DNA from: Lingula anatina
Lineage: Eukaryota; Animalia; Brachiopoda
Length of the DNA stretch: 64,000 nucleotides
NCBI GenBank assembly: GCA_051362555.1
Contig: CM120640.1
Location: forward strand, 21,824,001 to 21,888,000
Reading direction: 5' to 3'
The notes under the pieces were generated by a model. That model was not told the origin of the DNA. It made no database searches and saw only the letters and a program-made list of their open reading frames with translations. A program made the translations under genes and the position numbers. This document shows positions 51,449-64,000 of the stretch, piece by piece (position 1 is the first letter of the stretch; each line of letters starts with the position of its first letter).

Positions 51449-54400
51449 TGTAGTGTTCACAAATATAATTCCCGGACATGTAAATTAATTTGATTAGAGT
51501 CGATTGCTTGTGCACTCGACTCGTTTTATGGCCTTACCTGAAGTCATGTAACTTAAGTGGACGTGTGCAATTTGAATAATTAAAATTAGTATGTACCGCC
51601 AAATACTGCAGCACAGAATCCACCTAAAGATAAGAAATAGGTATAAAAGACGTATAGAATTAATATCGGGGAGCAGACTGAAGAATACTCGAAGGAGACC
51701 GCTCGACGGAGCTATGGGAGACGGCCTAGAGCTTGGAGGCTTCACGTATAGAACATGTAGTTAGATATCGTCAACGAATAAACCATTAAACTGGTCATTA
51801 TGTGGACTTGGGTTTTCTTTGCGCGACATCACGTAAATCTGACACGAACCGTGGAATTTAGAATCGCGTTATCCACTGAGTAAGTTTAAAACGTAATGTC
51901 CTATTTCGAGCCCACGCTTGAATTAAGCGTTCTAAATTATATAAGTTTAGGACATTCATCTCATATGTATATGTAAAGGTACATAACATATTTGGCCGAG
52001 CTTCGCCAGTTTACGTTCCAATGCGCACAAGGAAGACCTGACTAGACACAAAATGGCCAGACGGGGAGGTAAGTATAGAAAGGTTATGTCTTCGCGCAGC
52101 GAAGATCGGTCGGCCAGGCAGTATCACCTACCGGCCGGTAAGTATGAACTATTGTTTATATCTTGCAGTAACAAGTATTTTAATTTCGGATTTTGTGTAA
52201 AATTTTGTTAGTTTTTAACGGTTTTTCGTGCCGTGGTAGGGCCTGTTCATGTTAAGATTAATTAAAAACTTTCCAAATTCAGTGCAAAGTAGGGGAGACT
52301 TGCCGGTTTTAAGTAAAATTCTATGATAGTAAGAGAGAAATAGACGGGATCTCCAGTTTTAAGTCGATTTTGTATGTTTTCGGGAAAAGCTACGCGCTGT
52401 TCGTTACGTGGCAGTCGTAGAAAGGTTATATTCAGGATTGCGTAGCGAAAAAAAAAAAATTAAGATAAGTTTTGCGTTGTTGGTAGTATATATCGTCTTT
52501 TGGTGTCGTTGTTGTATTTTAACATGTTTTCGGGTTATTGTTGCGTTGATTCGGTAATTGACGAAATTTCTTCGTAGTAAAATAAGGGTTTTACGTTGAT
52601 ATGGTCTTGAGCGGATTTTAAAATTTGTAACGTTCAGAGGTATACAGGCTACTGTGCTATTAATTATAACTGTCGTGCAAGGGCCGACAGAGACAAGCGG
52701 TAAGATAAGCAACTTCAAGTGTTTGCTAATTGCGCCGATCGAATTACATGTAATAGTCGGAGATTACATCAGAATTTGGTAACATAGATAAGAAGCGGCA
52801 TTCGTGGTGATAAGGAACGTATTCTTAGGCAAATTTGAATATAGAGGCAATATCAAAGCTTTGGTCTATAATGGGAATATTAAAAACGGGTGTCGAAATA
52901 AACCGGACCGAACTGGTTTAGGCAAGGCACGTGCGTAGGCAGACAGTAATTAAAAACGGACACACAGACAGACAAACACGTGTACTTTTGGACTTAAATA
53001 TTATGCGAGAGTGACAATTAAACGTCGTGACGGGTAATGAAGGAAGGAGGCTCATATGGCGTGGTGAAAACAGGTTAGTTTATCTCGAAGTGAGGTTAGA
53101 GACCCAGTATTTATTTTTTAAGGTTATCCTGCTGTTAAGTAATAGGAGCAGAAGATCTGGTACATTCCTAGCGACGTAGGGCTGCTTGTTAATTTAGGTC
53201 CACCGATGGATAAATGCAAGTAAGACCAGATGTTTTATTATTTATTTAAAATGGTTCCCTGCTTCCGTATGGGAGCGAAAAATTCTGGTATGTTCCTAGC
53301 GACGTAGGGCTGCTTGTTAATTTAGGTCCACCGATGGATAAATGCAAGTTAGACCAGATAATTTCTTTAAGGGTACCATGCTCCACGTTGGAGTGTCGGG
53401 ACTGGTATTTTAGACCAGGTATTTTTTATGTTGATGCCTGCCCACGAAGGGATAGGTAGCAGAACCGTGTTCTGTGGGAACTGGGTAGAGATTTTGTCTT
53501 GCTAATATCTTGTTGTTGTTTGAGTAACCAGCCATGATGATCGATACGACGGGTGTTCTGTGACTTCGGAAACATACAGAGTTTTGCTGGTAATATGGGC
53601 CGGATATTGCTGGCAGACACAGACCATGACGGCACTGGTAGCTCACATAGTTTTATCTGCAGCATATGGCCAGGTGTTGCTGATGAGGCAGGCCGAGACG
53701 GCGCTGGTAGCTTGATACGGTCGTGACGGTGCTGGTAGCTTGATTAGGTCTAACTGTGGGTTTTCCTGTTGTCTGGGATGATAGGTGGTGTTTTTCCTCT
53801 TCATATTAGCCCTGATTGACTTTGTTTATTATCAATATTATTATTGTGGCGAGCTTGTGATTGGAATTGTTTCCCTGGAATAAATGGGTTAGCATTTTTT
53901 CCCTGAAATTAATGCTTATACGGTATATGCATATTAAAAAAAAAAAAAAAAAAGGAGTAATGACAGATGTATGTTGAACGTAGATACAACCGAAGGGAGG
54001 TTTAAGTATGAAAAAAAAAACAAACAAAAAGACGATGAAACTTTATTATAACGAAGAAAGTTTATTTTCCCCTGTGTCTCGTTTCAGGTGACAGTGAATG
54101 GTCCCTGCATCGCCGTGCCTGAGTCATCGCCTCCGACCCGCCGCGCATCCAAGGCTGATCCATTAGACCGATCCGTCCTGCGCCTTGGAACCCAAGTAAC
54201 TCTACAGCCGAGAGTGGTGGACCCCGCCGTTTTGCCGATGATTCCATTGAAAGACTAAACACTAAAAGACTCAAATGAATTTTAAAGACTTTAAAATATA
54301 AGGCGCTCATTTGCCCGGTTTCCAGAGCTATTTTTCCTTAAATTGATAAAGAAAGATATAAATTAAAGGGTTTTATCTCTGGTTTTCCTCCGGGCCTGTC

Positions 54401-55071
54401 TGTAACGTGTTCTTCTATTAACGTGCTTCGCTTTGTATATATGTTGTAAATATAATGTAGAGTGAATGTCTCCAACGTGGTAAATGAAAAAAAAAATGTA
54501 TTTTTTTTTTTTCTGGTAAAAAGGGAAGGCGTGTAGTGTTCACAAATATAATTCCCGGACATGTAAATTAATTTGATTAGAGTCGATTGCTTGTGCACTC
54601 GACTCGTTTTATGGCCTTACCTGAAGTCATGTAACTTAAGTGGACGTGTGCAATTTGAATAATTAAAATTAGTATGTACCGCCAAATACTGCAGCACAGA
54701 ATCCACCTAAAGATAAGAAATAGGTATAAAAGATGTATAGAATTAATATCGGGGAGCAGACTGAAGAATACTCGAAGGAGACCGCTCGACGGAGCTATGG
54801 GAGACGGCCTAGAGCTTGGAGGCTTCACGTATAGAACATGTAGTTAGATATCGTCAACGAATAAACCATTAAACTGGTCATTATGTGGACTTGGGTTTTC
54901 TTTGCGCGACATCACGTAAATCTGACACGAACCGTGGAATTTAGAATCGCGTTATCCACTGAGTAAGTTTAAAACGTAATGTCCTATTTCGAGCCCACGC
55001 TTGAATTAAGCGTTCTAAATTATATAAGTTTAGGACATTCATCTCATATGTATATGTAAAGGTACATAACA
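51449..55071 (+). mobile_element. Young non-coding LTR element (LARD/TRIM-like)
   Basis: 540-bp LTRs 51449-51988 and 54532-55071, TG..CA, TSD ACCA, PBS-like TGGCCGAGC, PPT AAAAAGGGAAGGCG; no gag/pol ORF. Confidence 0.9.
53155..53360. repeat. Direct repeat (2 x ~75 bp, ~128 bp apart) inside the non-coding LTR element
   Basis: TTCCTAGCGACGTAGGGCTGCTTGTTAATTTAGGTCCACCGATGGATAAATGCAAGT twice. Confidence 0.85.
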
Positions 55072-56463
55072 ACCAGCAATAATTCATGAGAGCTTTATTT
55101 TGTAAGGCCAAGTTCATAATTCCTTCACGGAGATCCCCATGGTTGTGATAAAAAAATGTGTTTTCCTCGGAGAATACTTCCCTCACCACCTCCACAAACA
55201 GAAACAAAATGTCGGTTACATGACACAGTCCTCCTCTGTCAACCATCTCAGTCCACTGTCTTGACACCTTTAGATATGCTGCCCCATCTGAGGATGGCTT
55301 GCCTTTTCTAAACCATGTTTTTATTATAGTAGCATACTGCAAGCTCTTTAGTTCACATTTTTTTGACAATTTTTGACACATATATATCCTGCCACATATC
55401 GAAGGGTCTGCTGTTCACTGTCTGTCATTTTACTCTTTGTCACACTCATTTTTTTCTGTCCATGTCTTCCCTATACTTGATCATCACAGTCGCTATGTTC
55501 TGAAGTGTTTCTTAGAAAATCCATGCCTTTGGTGGTAAAATCAGGTGATGTCCTTAACTTGTGGAACTTGGTCCAAACTTTGTCCTTCTGCCTGCTTGGC
55601 AATGCCTCCCTGTCCCCAGCGGTGACTGCCTCCCAAAGAAAACCCCTGAACCACTCAGGCAAACAGACAAGCTTTGACTTGAAAGCAGACAAGACAGCAA
55701 TGACACTTCTACCTGTCTTGGTAATACCGTAGATTTGGTTGTCTATTACTTCCTGGATCCCAACTAAGACCAACATAAAAACAACCTCTTCAAACTTAGA
55801 TCTTGTAAGGTCAGACTTCCGACCAGGGGATAGTGCAGGTTTGCTTTTGTACCTAAAGTAAAAATAAAAAAATAATGTATCATATAGAAAAACAAGTCTG
55901 TGGTAAAGCTTTTGAGTCTCTTTTGAGCAGCATGACATCAAATTGACAGATTGTAAGATCAGATGTGAGACTGGCCAACATTGTACATTAAAAAAGTAAT
56001 AACCAACACAATGTTACAATTTGACCAATTGCATTTTCTCTAATTCTAAGATCTTAAATTAAAAACGTAATTAAATTTATATACATACTTCTTTCTTTTT
56101 TTTGGTACAGGCTCTGGAACAAAGTCACCCTCATCGTCGCCCAAATCAAAACTTGATTCTAAAATTTCTGCCCATTCCGCATCATCATCGTCTAAAAAGA
56201 ATACAAAGTCGTCCTTCCCGTACATTTTGCAATAGTTGTCTGACTTAACCTTCTCTTAACTCTACCTTAAATAGTAAATGTCATCTGACACGGCTGCTCC
56301 TTTAACAATTTAACAAGCAGATCGATGACACTCACGATTGGTTTGTGACACTAGGCAATCTGGTTTAATTGACACCTGTGTTTGGTCAGTGTCAAAGTGA
56401 CTTCTGCGCGTGATAAGATGTCAAATGAATACGTGCCATTTAAGAAAACGTGCGAAAAACTTA

Positions 56464-56622
56464 CAGGGCCGTAGCCTGAGCAAAATGCCAGGGGGGGCAG
56501 TAAGCGGACATGAGGGGGCGAAGCCCCCAAGGGGGGGGGGTGTCCCCCTATCACGATGTGGAAAATTCCAAATTCCAGGGGGGGCAGCTGCCCCCCCTGC
56601 CCCCCCGGAGGCTACGGCCCTG
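56464..56622. mobile_element. hAT-type MITE family A
   Basis: Same TIRs and body as 7839-7997; TSD ACTTA. Confidence 0.9.
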
Positions 56623-57577
56623 ACTTACCTGTGTAAATTTGATTGATCTTCCGGGGTGTCACAACTACATGTAGGAAGGAGATTTCCGGTCGTTGGGTGC
56701 GTATTCCTGTCCTGTCAGAGACTATCTCACGGACAGGAAAAGACAGCAGGTATTGCAGACAAACTTCACAACCCGTTTTTATGAGGTAACGGGGGAAAAA
56801 TGCCGAAAACCCCTCAAGAAATTTCCACGTGTTGACGGAAACCTGTGTGCTCGCAACTGCAAGATGGTGGCAATGCTGTATCATAGCAACCACGAGGGAC
56901 TGCGAGAAATTGCGTTATCAATGCAGAGAAACAATAGAAATGCACTGAAGCACAGCGCGCGCTACCTTAATAATAATAATAAGCTGTTCAGACGCCCGTG
57001 GAGCTATCAAAACAGATTATGTGAGACAATGGAAGGCACACTTGGGCCACAGATGTTAAAACGCTGTTATACAGATATGGATTTGGATATGTCTGGGAGG
57101 CTCAGGGTGTGTGAAATTCTGTTTTATTTATCAAAGTTTTCAGAAAAAGATTAGTACATGTAGATAAAGCTGGCCAAATATCGCACAGTGACATATGCAG
57201 CCCGGGAGCCACTGGTCTGCCGCGTGGCTATTAAACAAACCGGAAGTTCGAGAATTTGAATTGGGCAATATTTTTTTAGATTTATAGGGTGTCATAAACG
57301 GTGTATTATCTCGGCTATTAACGTACTTGGGGTTACAATATGTACATTGTCATATTGAGAAATAAATTTCGAATAATGTGAGATGACCCAAAAGTTGATC
57401 TACAGCATATTTAATGTTGAAAAATGAGTTTGAAATCGAAATTTTATTAAAGCTATTACGGAAGTTCGTTTTTGATTTTGATTTTTGTACCTATAGAGGC
57501 TTCCGCACAACTTGAAATTACTACAAGTTGTGGAAAATTTATTCAGCTTTCTGTCAATGTAAGCATGTAAAGAACTT

Positions 57578-59994
57578 CCCAGCGGGCAAATCAACATTGA
57601 ATCAATGTTGAATCAACGTTGATGGTCAACGTTGAAACTATGTTGATATGACGTTGACTATGAAAGTTGACTCAACGTTGAACCATCAAGGTTGAATCAA
57701 CCTTGAGGTATCAATGTTGAATCAACGTTGACGGTCAACGTTGAAACTATGTTGATATGACGTTGACTATGAAAGTTGACTCAACGTTGAACCATCAAGG
57801 TTGAATCAACCTTGAGGTATCAATGTTGAATCAACGTTGACAGTCAACGTTGAAACTATGTTGATATGACGTTGACTATGAAAGTTGAATCAACGTTGAA
57901 CCATCAAGGTTGAATCAACCTTGAGGTATCAATGTTGAATCAACGTTGACGGTCAACGTTGAAACTATGTTGATATGACGTTGACCATGAAAGTTGACTC
58001 AACGTTGAACCATCAAGGTTGAATCAACCTTGAGGTATCAATGTTGAATCAACATTGACGGTCAACGTTGAAACTATGTTGATATGACGTTGACTATGAA
58101 AGTTGAATCAACGTTGAACCATCAAGGTTGAATCAACCTTGAGGTATCAATGTTGAATCAACGTTGACAGTCAACATTGAAACTATGTTGATATGACGTT
58201 GACTATGAAAGTTGAATCAACATTGAACCATCAAGGTTGAATCAACCTTGAACCATCAAGGTTCAAACAACCTTGAGGTATCAATGTTGAATCAATATTG
58301 ATACCTCAATGTTGAATCAATGTTGAAATAAAGTTGAATTTGAAAATTGAATTAACGTTGATATATCAATTAGGTTATCAGGATATTTGATTGAAATTTG
58401 CCTGATGGCTGAAGGTGTACTCCAAGATATAAAGCATTTCTTGAAATAAAAAGACTCAGATCTGAAAAGGGGGGGAAATTAGGAAAATTACCTACTAAAA
58501 AAGGTAATTTCGGAAGAAAGGGGGGGAGGTCCAGACCCCGGGACCGCCCCTGTATCCACCTATGGTTGTCAGATTCTTTTTAAACTTTCCAGTTTGATGC
58601 TCAGTGTTACGGACCAAAACAGCCCGAACATAAAAAAACACAAACAACAACTAACTTAACTATGAATATAATATATTACAAACAATGAACATACACTACA
58701 TAAACTAACTACATGTAATACTATCATGTTGCATTAACTTTAACATTTGTCAAATACAGTTAAATTCTAACAGATTCGTAGACAGTTAAGTTTTGAAGAC
58801 GCAATGTCACAGTTTTACGAGTCGTATTTCTGTTAAATGTTCCTCCTGATAGTGTGGGGTTTTGAAGACGCAATGTCACCGTTTTCCATGTCCTTATCTG
58901 TTGAACGATCATCCTGATAGTGTGGGGTTTTGAAGACGCAATGTCACCGTTTTCCATGTCCTTATCTGTTGAACGATCCTCCTGATAGTGTGGCCTCACA
59001 AAGTACTGTTAATAAAGTACAGTTTTTGTACTGTAAAAGTGTTACACACTGTCCACACTCACGTGTTGCATCAGTTCATGTTATCCGGAGTCTCGCACTT
59101 AATAACAGTCCCGCACTTCATTTACATTATACAAGTATGCAGGCACATGTACGGTAATTACTCATAAAAATTAAACAACAAATTAGCTTTACTTAAATAA
59201 TTATAACATCACATCAGGTAGTTAAGATAATTTTAAGAATACAAAAACAAAGGGTCACCAGTCTAATTTTTTTCTCACAGCTAACTTATATTTCCAGGAA
59301 AACAGGCATTTTTGGCTTTTTCAAGCTTTTTCTTCAACCTTGAGTAACATTTTGTCAATTTGCCATAAAGTAAGGCTGGTGACCCTATGTTTTTTTTCTT
59401 TTTCTTAAAGATAACCTGTGGAAAGTTAAAAAAAAAAAACTGACGACCGCTTTTTTCACAAAATTAATTTTAATGAAAAAGGGGTAAAACAAGCGTTTTA
59501 TGAGGGGCAATTACCCCTATGCATACCTCTCTAGTGAGATAATCATTTAAAACTATTATCAAGGTTATTATTAAGGTTATAAAGTTAAGGTTGGCCCAAT
59601 GTTGAGATCCAGTTGATATGTCAACATTGACAAAGGGTTTACAAACACAGGTTGATTCAATGTTGAAATCCTGTTGATCTATCAACATTGAAAACTGATT
59701 GACAAAGAAAGGTAAAATCAATGTTGAGACCCTGTTGATCTATCAACATTGACAATTGGTTGACAAGAAAAGGTTGATTCAATGTTGAAATCCTGTTGAT
59801 CTATCAACATTGAAAATTGATTGACAAGGAAAGGTAAAATCAATGTTGAGACCCTGTTGATCTATCAACATTGACAATTGGTTGACAAGAAAAGGTTGAT
59901 TCAATGTTGAGATCTTGTTGATCTATCAATATTGATGGATCAACATCATCTCAACCTATCCTCAATGTTGAATCAACGTTGAGTGCCCGCTGGG
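57578..59994. mobile_element. Non-autonomous EnSpm/CACTA-like element with TCAACGTTGA palindrome arrays
   Basis: TIR CCCAGCGGGCA / TGCCCGCTGGG, 2-bp TSD TT; ~6 x 109-bp units at 57602-58300; ~60/121-bp units at 59650-59940; 3 x 68-bp repeat at 58791-58995. Confidence 0.85.
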
Positions 59995-60151
59995 TTTGCC
60001 TTAAGCTGTGAATGGCACAAATCAATTCACGACCATGTCAGCCTGAAAACTCTCACTTACGATATCCGCATATAAGCCTCGCTTTGACTTAGTGCTTTCT
60101 CATGAGCTTCAGTCTCGTTTTAGTTTTTCCTTCACACAGTATTACTTATAT

Positions 60152-62688
60152 TAACCGATTACAGTGACGTCATATTTGCTCCGTAACACTCGTCCAGCGG
60201 CCATTCTGGAGGGAAAGAACGACGGGGAATAGTAGCGTAAATATAGGTGAACCAAATAAAATGAAATAATCTTCATATCGTGATCAAGTACACCAAAAGG
60301 AAAATAGTATATACATGTGAAAACTTCAGCTGATCAGCGTGATCGACCCATATAAACTCAAGACAGTCCAAAGACGTGAAATCCTGACCTACCCCTGTAT
60401 CCCAACATCGTGGAATGTTGTCAGAAGCTAGTTCAGTTATCTTGTACTTCATTTTTCTTGTTCATTGGGTAATAAAAGTTATAGCTTTAGAGAGTTTACT
60501 GTGTAATCATAAGTTCAACCTTTCATAGAAGCAACTTTGTACATAAAGGATAGATATAAGGAGAAATTTGAGCTGACTATCGGGATCAACCCTTACGGAC
60601 TCAAAGAAGAGAGTATGCAGGGTTGTGACAAGAAATATTGCTGTCAGATATGATTTAACTGTACATCATGAAGCTGTCAGAAATTATTTCAGCATTCTTG
60701 TGCTTCATTTTGGTTCATTAGGAAGTATTTGTAACATGACTGTTGTTTGAGAGTTCAATATTTTACCATGAATTCAACCATTCACAGTAGCAACATTGTT
60801 AGCATTTTATTATTAGTCCAGACCTTCACAGAAGCAATGTATTTTTCAAACTTATGACATTCAATGTAACATAACAACAAGTCAGTTCATGAATTGATCT
60901 TTATTTGATTGAAAATATAGGAAAATGCACATTTTGTATGGATAAAAGTAAACATGAAATGCAAAATATTGTTGCACAATTCAATGACAGATTATCAGGG
61001 TCCCTTTCCTTTTGGTTGATAACACTGACATGAAAAATATTTCCATACTTTTAATGATGCAATGCAACATGTACATGAGCATATTAAGTCGAATCAAGCC
61101 ACCATAATTTGAGAAACCTGTTTAGTATATTTTTAATCTATGTCTAGAGAAATGCTTGATTGAAGACTCACAATTGATATGTGCTGTGTGGGTATGTACA
61201 TATTAGGCCTTAGATGGTGTTACTAAGCAGTTTGTAATTTTATTTAGGAGAATTCCACAACTGGTGGTCACAATTTAAAAATGCACAACAGTGACAACCT
61301 ACATGTACAACAGCCATCTGTTTCTGCATATCAGACCATCTGTGGGAGGTGCACCATACAAAATTTTATATTTCTTGCAAACTTTTCCATTTAGCCTTTA
61401 AACATATGAGAAAGAAAAAAGTGTTTTCATTTCTTCTTGTGCTTCTGCTCACAATTCTAAATAAATAGAAAACCTGTCCTTGTTGTATGCAAGCTATCAG
61501 GATAACAACTTTAAAACAACGAATGAACAATGAAATAAATAAACAAATCCAATTAAATAACTCCTGTCATGCACTGAATTTCACTCTCCTGATGTTCAGA
61601 TCCTGTCTCCTCAGCTGGTCACAAAGATATAAGAATATTTTTTTCGCTGCTTCTACCTTGTGTGCCATCTAGCTGCCTTTTGTACCTGTCACTTTTTTTT
61701 TTTTTTTTTTTTGATAACCAAGATTTATTTGCACCCAATCATTCAGTGTGGCTTGGTGGGGAAATGTCAGATCAATTTCCTAAATGTAAATTAACAAAAA
61801 AAAGGTAACAATAGTTATTTTTATTCATATTGTAACTTGCATCATAATACAGTAGGAAAACACAGAATTCAACATTTTTCAAATTCATTTCATAAGTTCA
61901 TTCAATTAAATGGTACCTGAGCTAGAATATATACTTACAAAACAGATTTACTCTTAACACTACACTAAATCTAAAATCAAGCCACTAACTTCCAAATACA
62001 CATGACACAGGTAATTGATTTCATTGGCCCAGCTGAGCTGTGTACATTGTACTGTAGCCTTGACACTAATTGACAATAATGCTAACCAGGTATTAAAGAG
62101 GTAGATGACAGCAGATAACATCCAAAGAGCACCATAACTGATAACAAATTACACCCAAGGCAATAAGTGAGTCTTCATAATGAAAGTCGAAACCCTGCCT
62201 GGGTATTTCCACACGTTTTTACAACACACTCTCCACCAAGACTTTTTGGGCACTACTAATATGCAGTGTACGTGCGCTCATATCTTATACACCTCGGTCA
62301 TTGGTTTTCTACTTTTTTTTCTTTTATGGTAAAGGCTGCACAGCTGGGTCTTCATTCTTTGCTGTAAAATAAATTAGTTTTATCCTTTACTTGTTCGATG
62401 AGTCTTGATTCAAAGCCACTCCTCAGTCTCTTCTCCGTTTACGGTTTTCGTCCCTACACCTTGGATTGTTACCACTGCAGGCAGTCTGTGAACGCTTGTT
62501 AAGTTATTTATCTTCTCTCTATCATATACCCTGCAGTAATTCATCATTTTACTCGGTTTAATATCAAAGAAAACACAGAAATTAAATGCTAAATTGTACA
62601 TGTAGACATGATCATGCGCAGCAGACGATTCCGGTCTCCCTCCAGTATGGCTGCCGTTTGTTTTGATGACGAGGGCTACAATGGGTTA
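60152..62688 (-). mobile_element. Non-autonomous ISL2EU derivative, copy 3 (inverted)
   Basis: AT|TAACCGATTACAGTGACGTCAT...CAATGGGTTA|AT; decayed THAP MNYCRVY...SVHRLPAVVTIQG...EEWL at 62601-62410. Confidence 0.8.
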
Positions 62689-64000
62689 ATAGAGCAACTG
62701 GGTATTGGGGACAATGAAATAATTTTTTTCTTGGCACTTACCACGGTGCTAATACAAATGAACTTTAACATTTTTTTCATTGTAGATAAACCTTTTTATT
62801 ACATGAGGCCAACTGATGAGGGTATTCCTTTCATTAAATATGAAAAATAACAAATGAAAGACAATTTACATTTAATCACATTGCTATATATTTTATTTTA
62901 ATTTTACATAAAATTCAACTAGCCTGAAATATTTTACCAGTGAGATATGTACATTGCAAAATAGTTATTTTACATTACTTGTTCATTAATTACCCAGTAG
63001 GTGATAATTCAATGCTACTTTACTTGATTGGTACACATTTATATATATTTAACCATCTAACACACAATTTCCCTTTACACAGTGGACCAGAATTTTTACA
63101 AATAATATAATTTCATAAATTTTCCCAAAGATGTCATGTTAATTTTCTTTCAGTGATACCAGGTATCAATCCATATTTGCATTTGAATAAACTTGTTTTA
63201 CTTGTATTCTGATAAGTAGATATTATCTATAAGCTACACATATATAAAAAAACCTGCACAGTAAAAATAAAACAATGTATTGTTAACTTAGTTGCACATA
63301 CACTTTTAACTAACTTCATGTGGTTAAAACCTAAATTGATTTCACAAACTGCATTTCTATGTACTGATAACCAATAACTATTTATATTAGCAAGAGCAAA
63401 TATTTTTACATCCCTTAGAAGTATCCCAGAGGTTGTGGTGTTCATTGCCACACAGTATTTTAACGTTTGTAATACATTTATGAAAACTTCCATATCCGTA
63501 CAGGTATGATCTTATTTCTGAATTTCATTGCCTTTGTGTTTTTGAAGCCAGTTGAACTGGGCACTTCCTAGGAGGATGTGGAGGTGGTTGAGTGACCCCT
63601 AATTTAATTAACTGTTGTCCAGCAGGTCGTGGTGTGACCTTTAATGTAATTTAACCAGGTGACTGTATAACCTCTATAAAAGCTAGGTTGCTGGCTGTGA
63701 GAGGGGCTTTTTGCTAGAAATCATTTGAGACACGACGATTGTAGTGCATGCTCTATATCTGAAGTAAATATTCGTTATAGTTACAGAAAACTTACATGGG
63801 ACTTGAGTTCGTTCTCTTTGCGTGTTTACATGCGTATGATTAGACATCGAACCGTGGACGTATTGAACTGCTATCGTGATCAACCGGCATAGGCTGGTAT
63901 TACGTAAAGTTCATAACTGATCGGGCGGTACCCGACAACATGCAAGTCAGAGCACCACATCACTATCATATGCCCTCATCATTGAAGAGCCTGTTTCATT

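Larger units (their letters stand above)
51300..56225 (-). pseudogene. Spliced orphan gene with RYVAGY / DRGGL / TIRG motifs, frameshifted and split by the LTR element
   Basis: Exon 56225-56089 (acidic) splices in phase to 55852; EQQTLRYVAGYI at ~55420-55385, WTEMVDRGGLCHV, resumes at 51448 as GESDKLKMDLFGMFVKLYITIRGQS. Confidence 0.65.

Noticed and set aside
53655-53730. Hammerhead-like CTGATGAGGCAGGCCGAGAC (retrozyme idea)
   Set aside because: GAAA core is GAGA, the cleavage position would be G, and stem III cannot form
51494-54828. Duplicated 83-aa ORFs (likewise the paired ORFs in the BEL and Gypsy-like LTRs)
   Set aside because: Chance ORFs repeated only because they lie in LTRs
56650-57154. 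153-aa ORF and weak tRNA/SINE-like head
   Set aside because: No domain motif in the ORF; the B-box match is too degenerate to support
57602-58300. CRISPR-like regular palindromic repeats (also 5677-6050)
   Set aside because: Units are tandem with no unique spacers, there are no cas genes, and the context is eukaryotic within TIRs
62805-62835. CTGATGAGGGTATTCCTT possible hammerhead
   Set aside because: No GAAA after the stem and no flanking helices
63200-64000. Exon-like pieces at the right edge
   Set aside because: Stops in candidate frames and no recognisable product

Overview
AT-rich animal (eukaryotic, probably invertebrate/lophotrochozoan-like; inference) DNA made almost entirely of nested transposable elements; no clear host gene. 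In order: an ISL2EU-type DNA transposon (spliced THAP-DDE transposase convergent with a spliced SWIM-YqaJ gene), a CCC..GGG EnSpm-like element, an old L2-like LINE split by a full BEL/Pao LTR element that carries an Academ-like RecQ-remnant MITE and a 5-bp-TSD hAT, a 5'-truncated Copia, three copies of an ISL2EU deletion derivative (one hosting a full-length L1/Tx1), a pol-less Gypsy-like LTR element with a ComEA-type helix-hairpin-helix ORF ahead of Gag, a very young non-coding LTR element that splits an orphan YVAGY/DRGGL gene, and several MITEs and tandem arrays. Boundaries, TSDs and splice sites were read by eye (allow a few bp error). Family names rest on motif recognition, not database searches.
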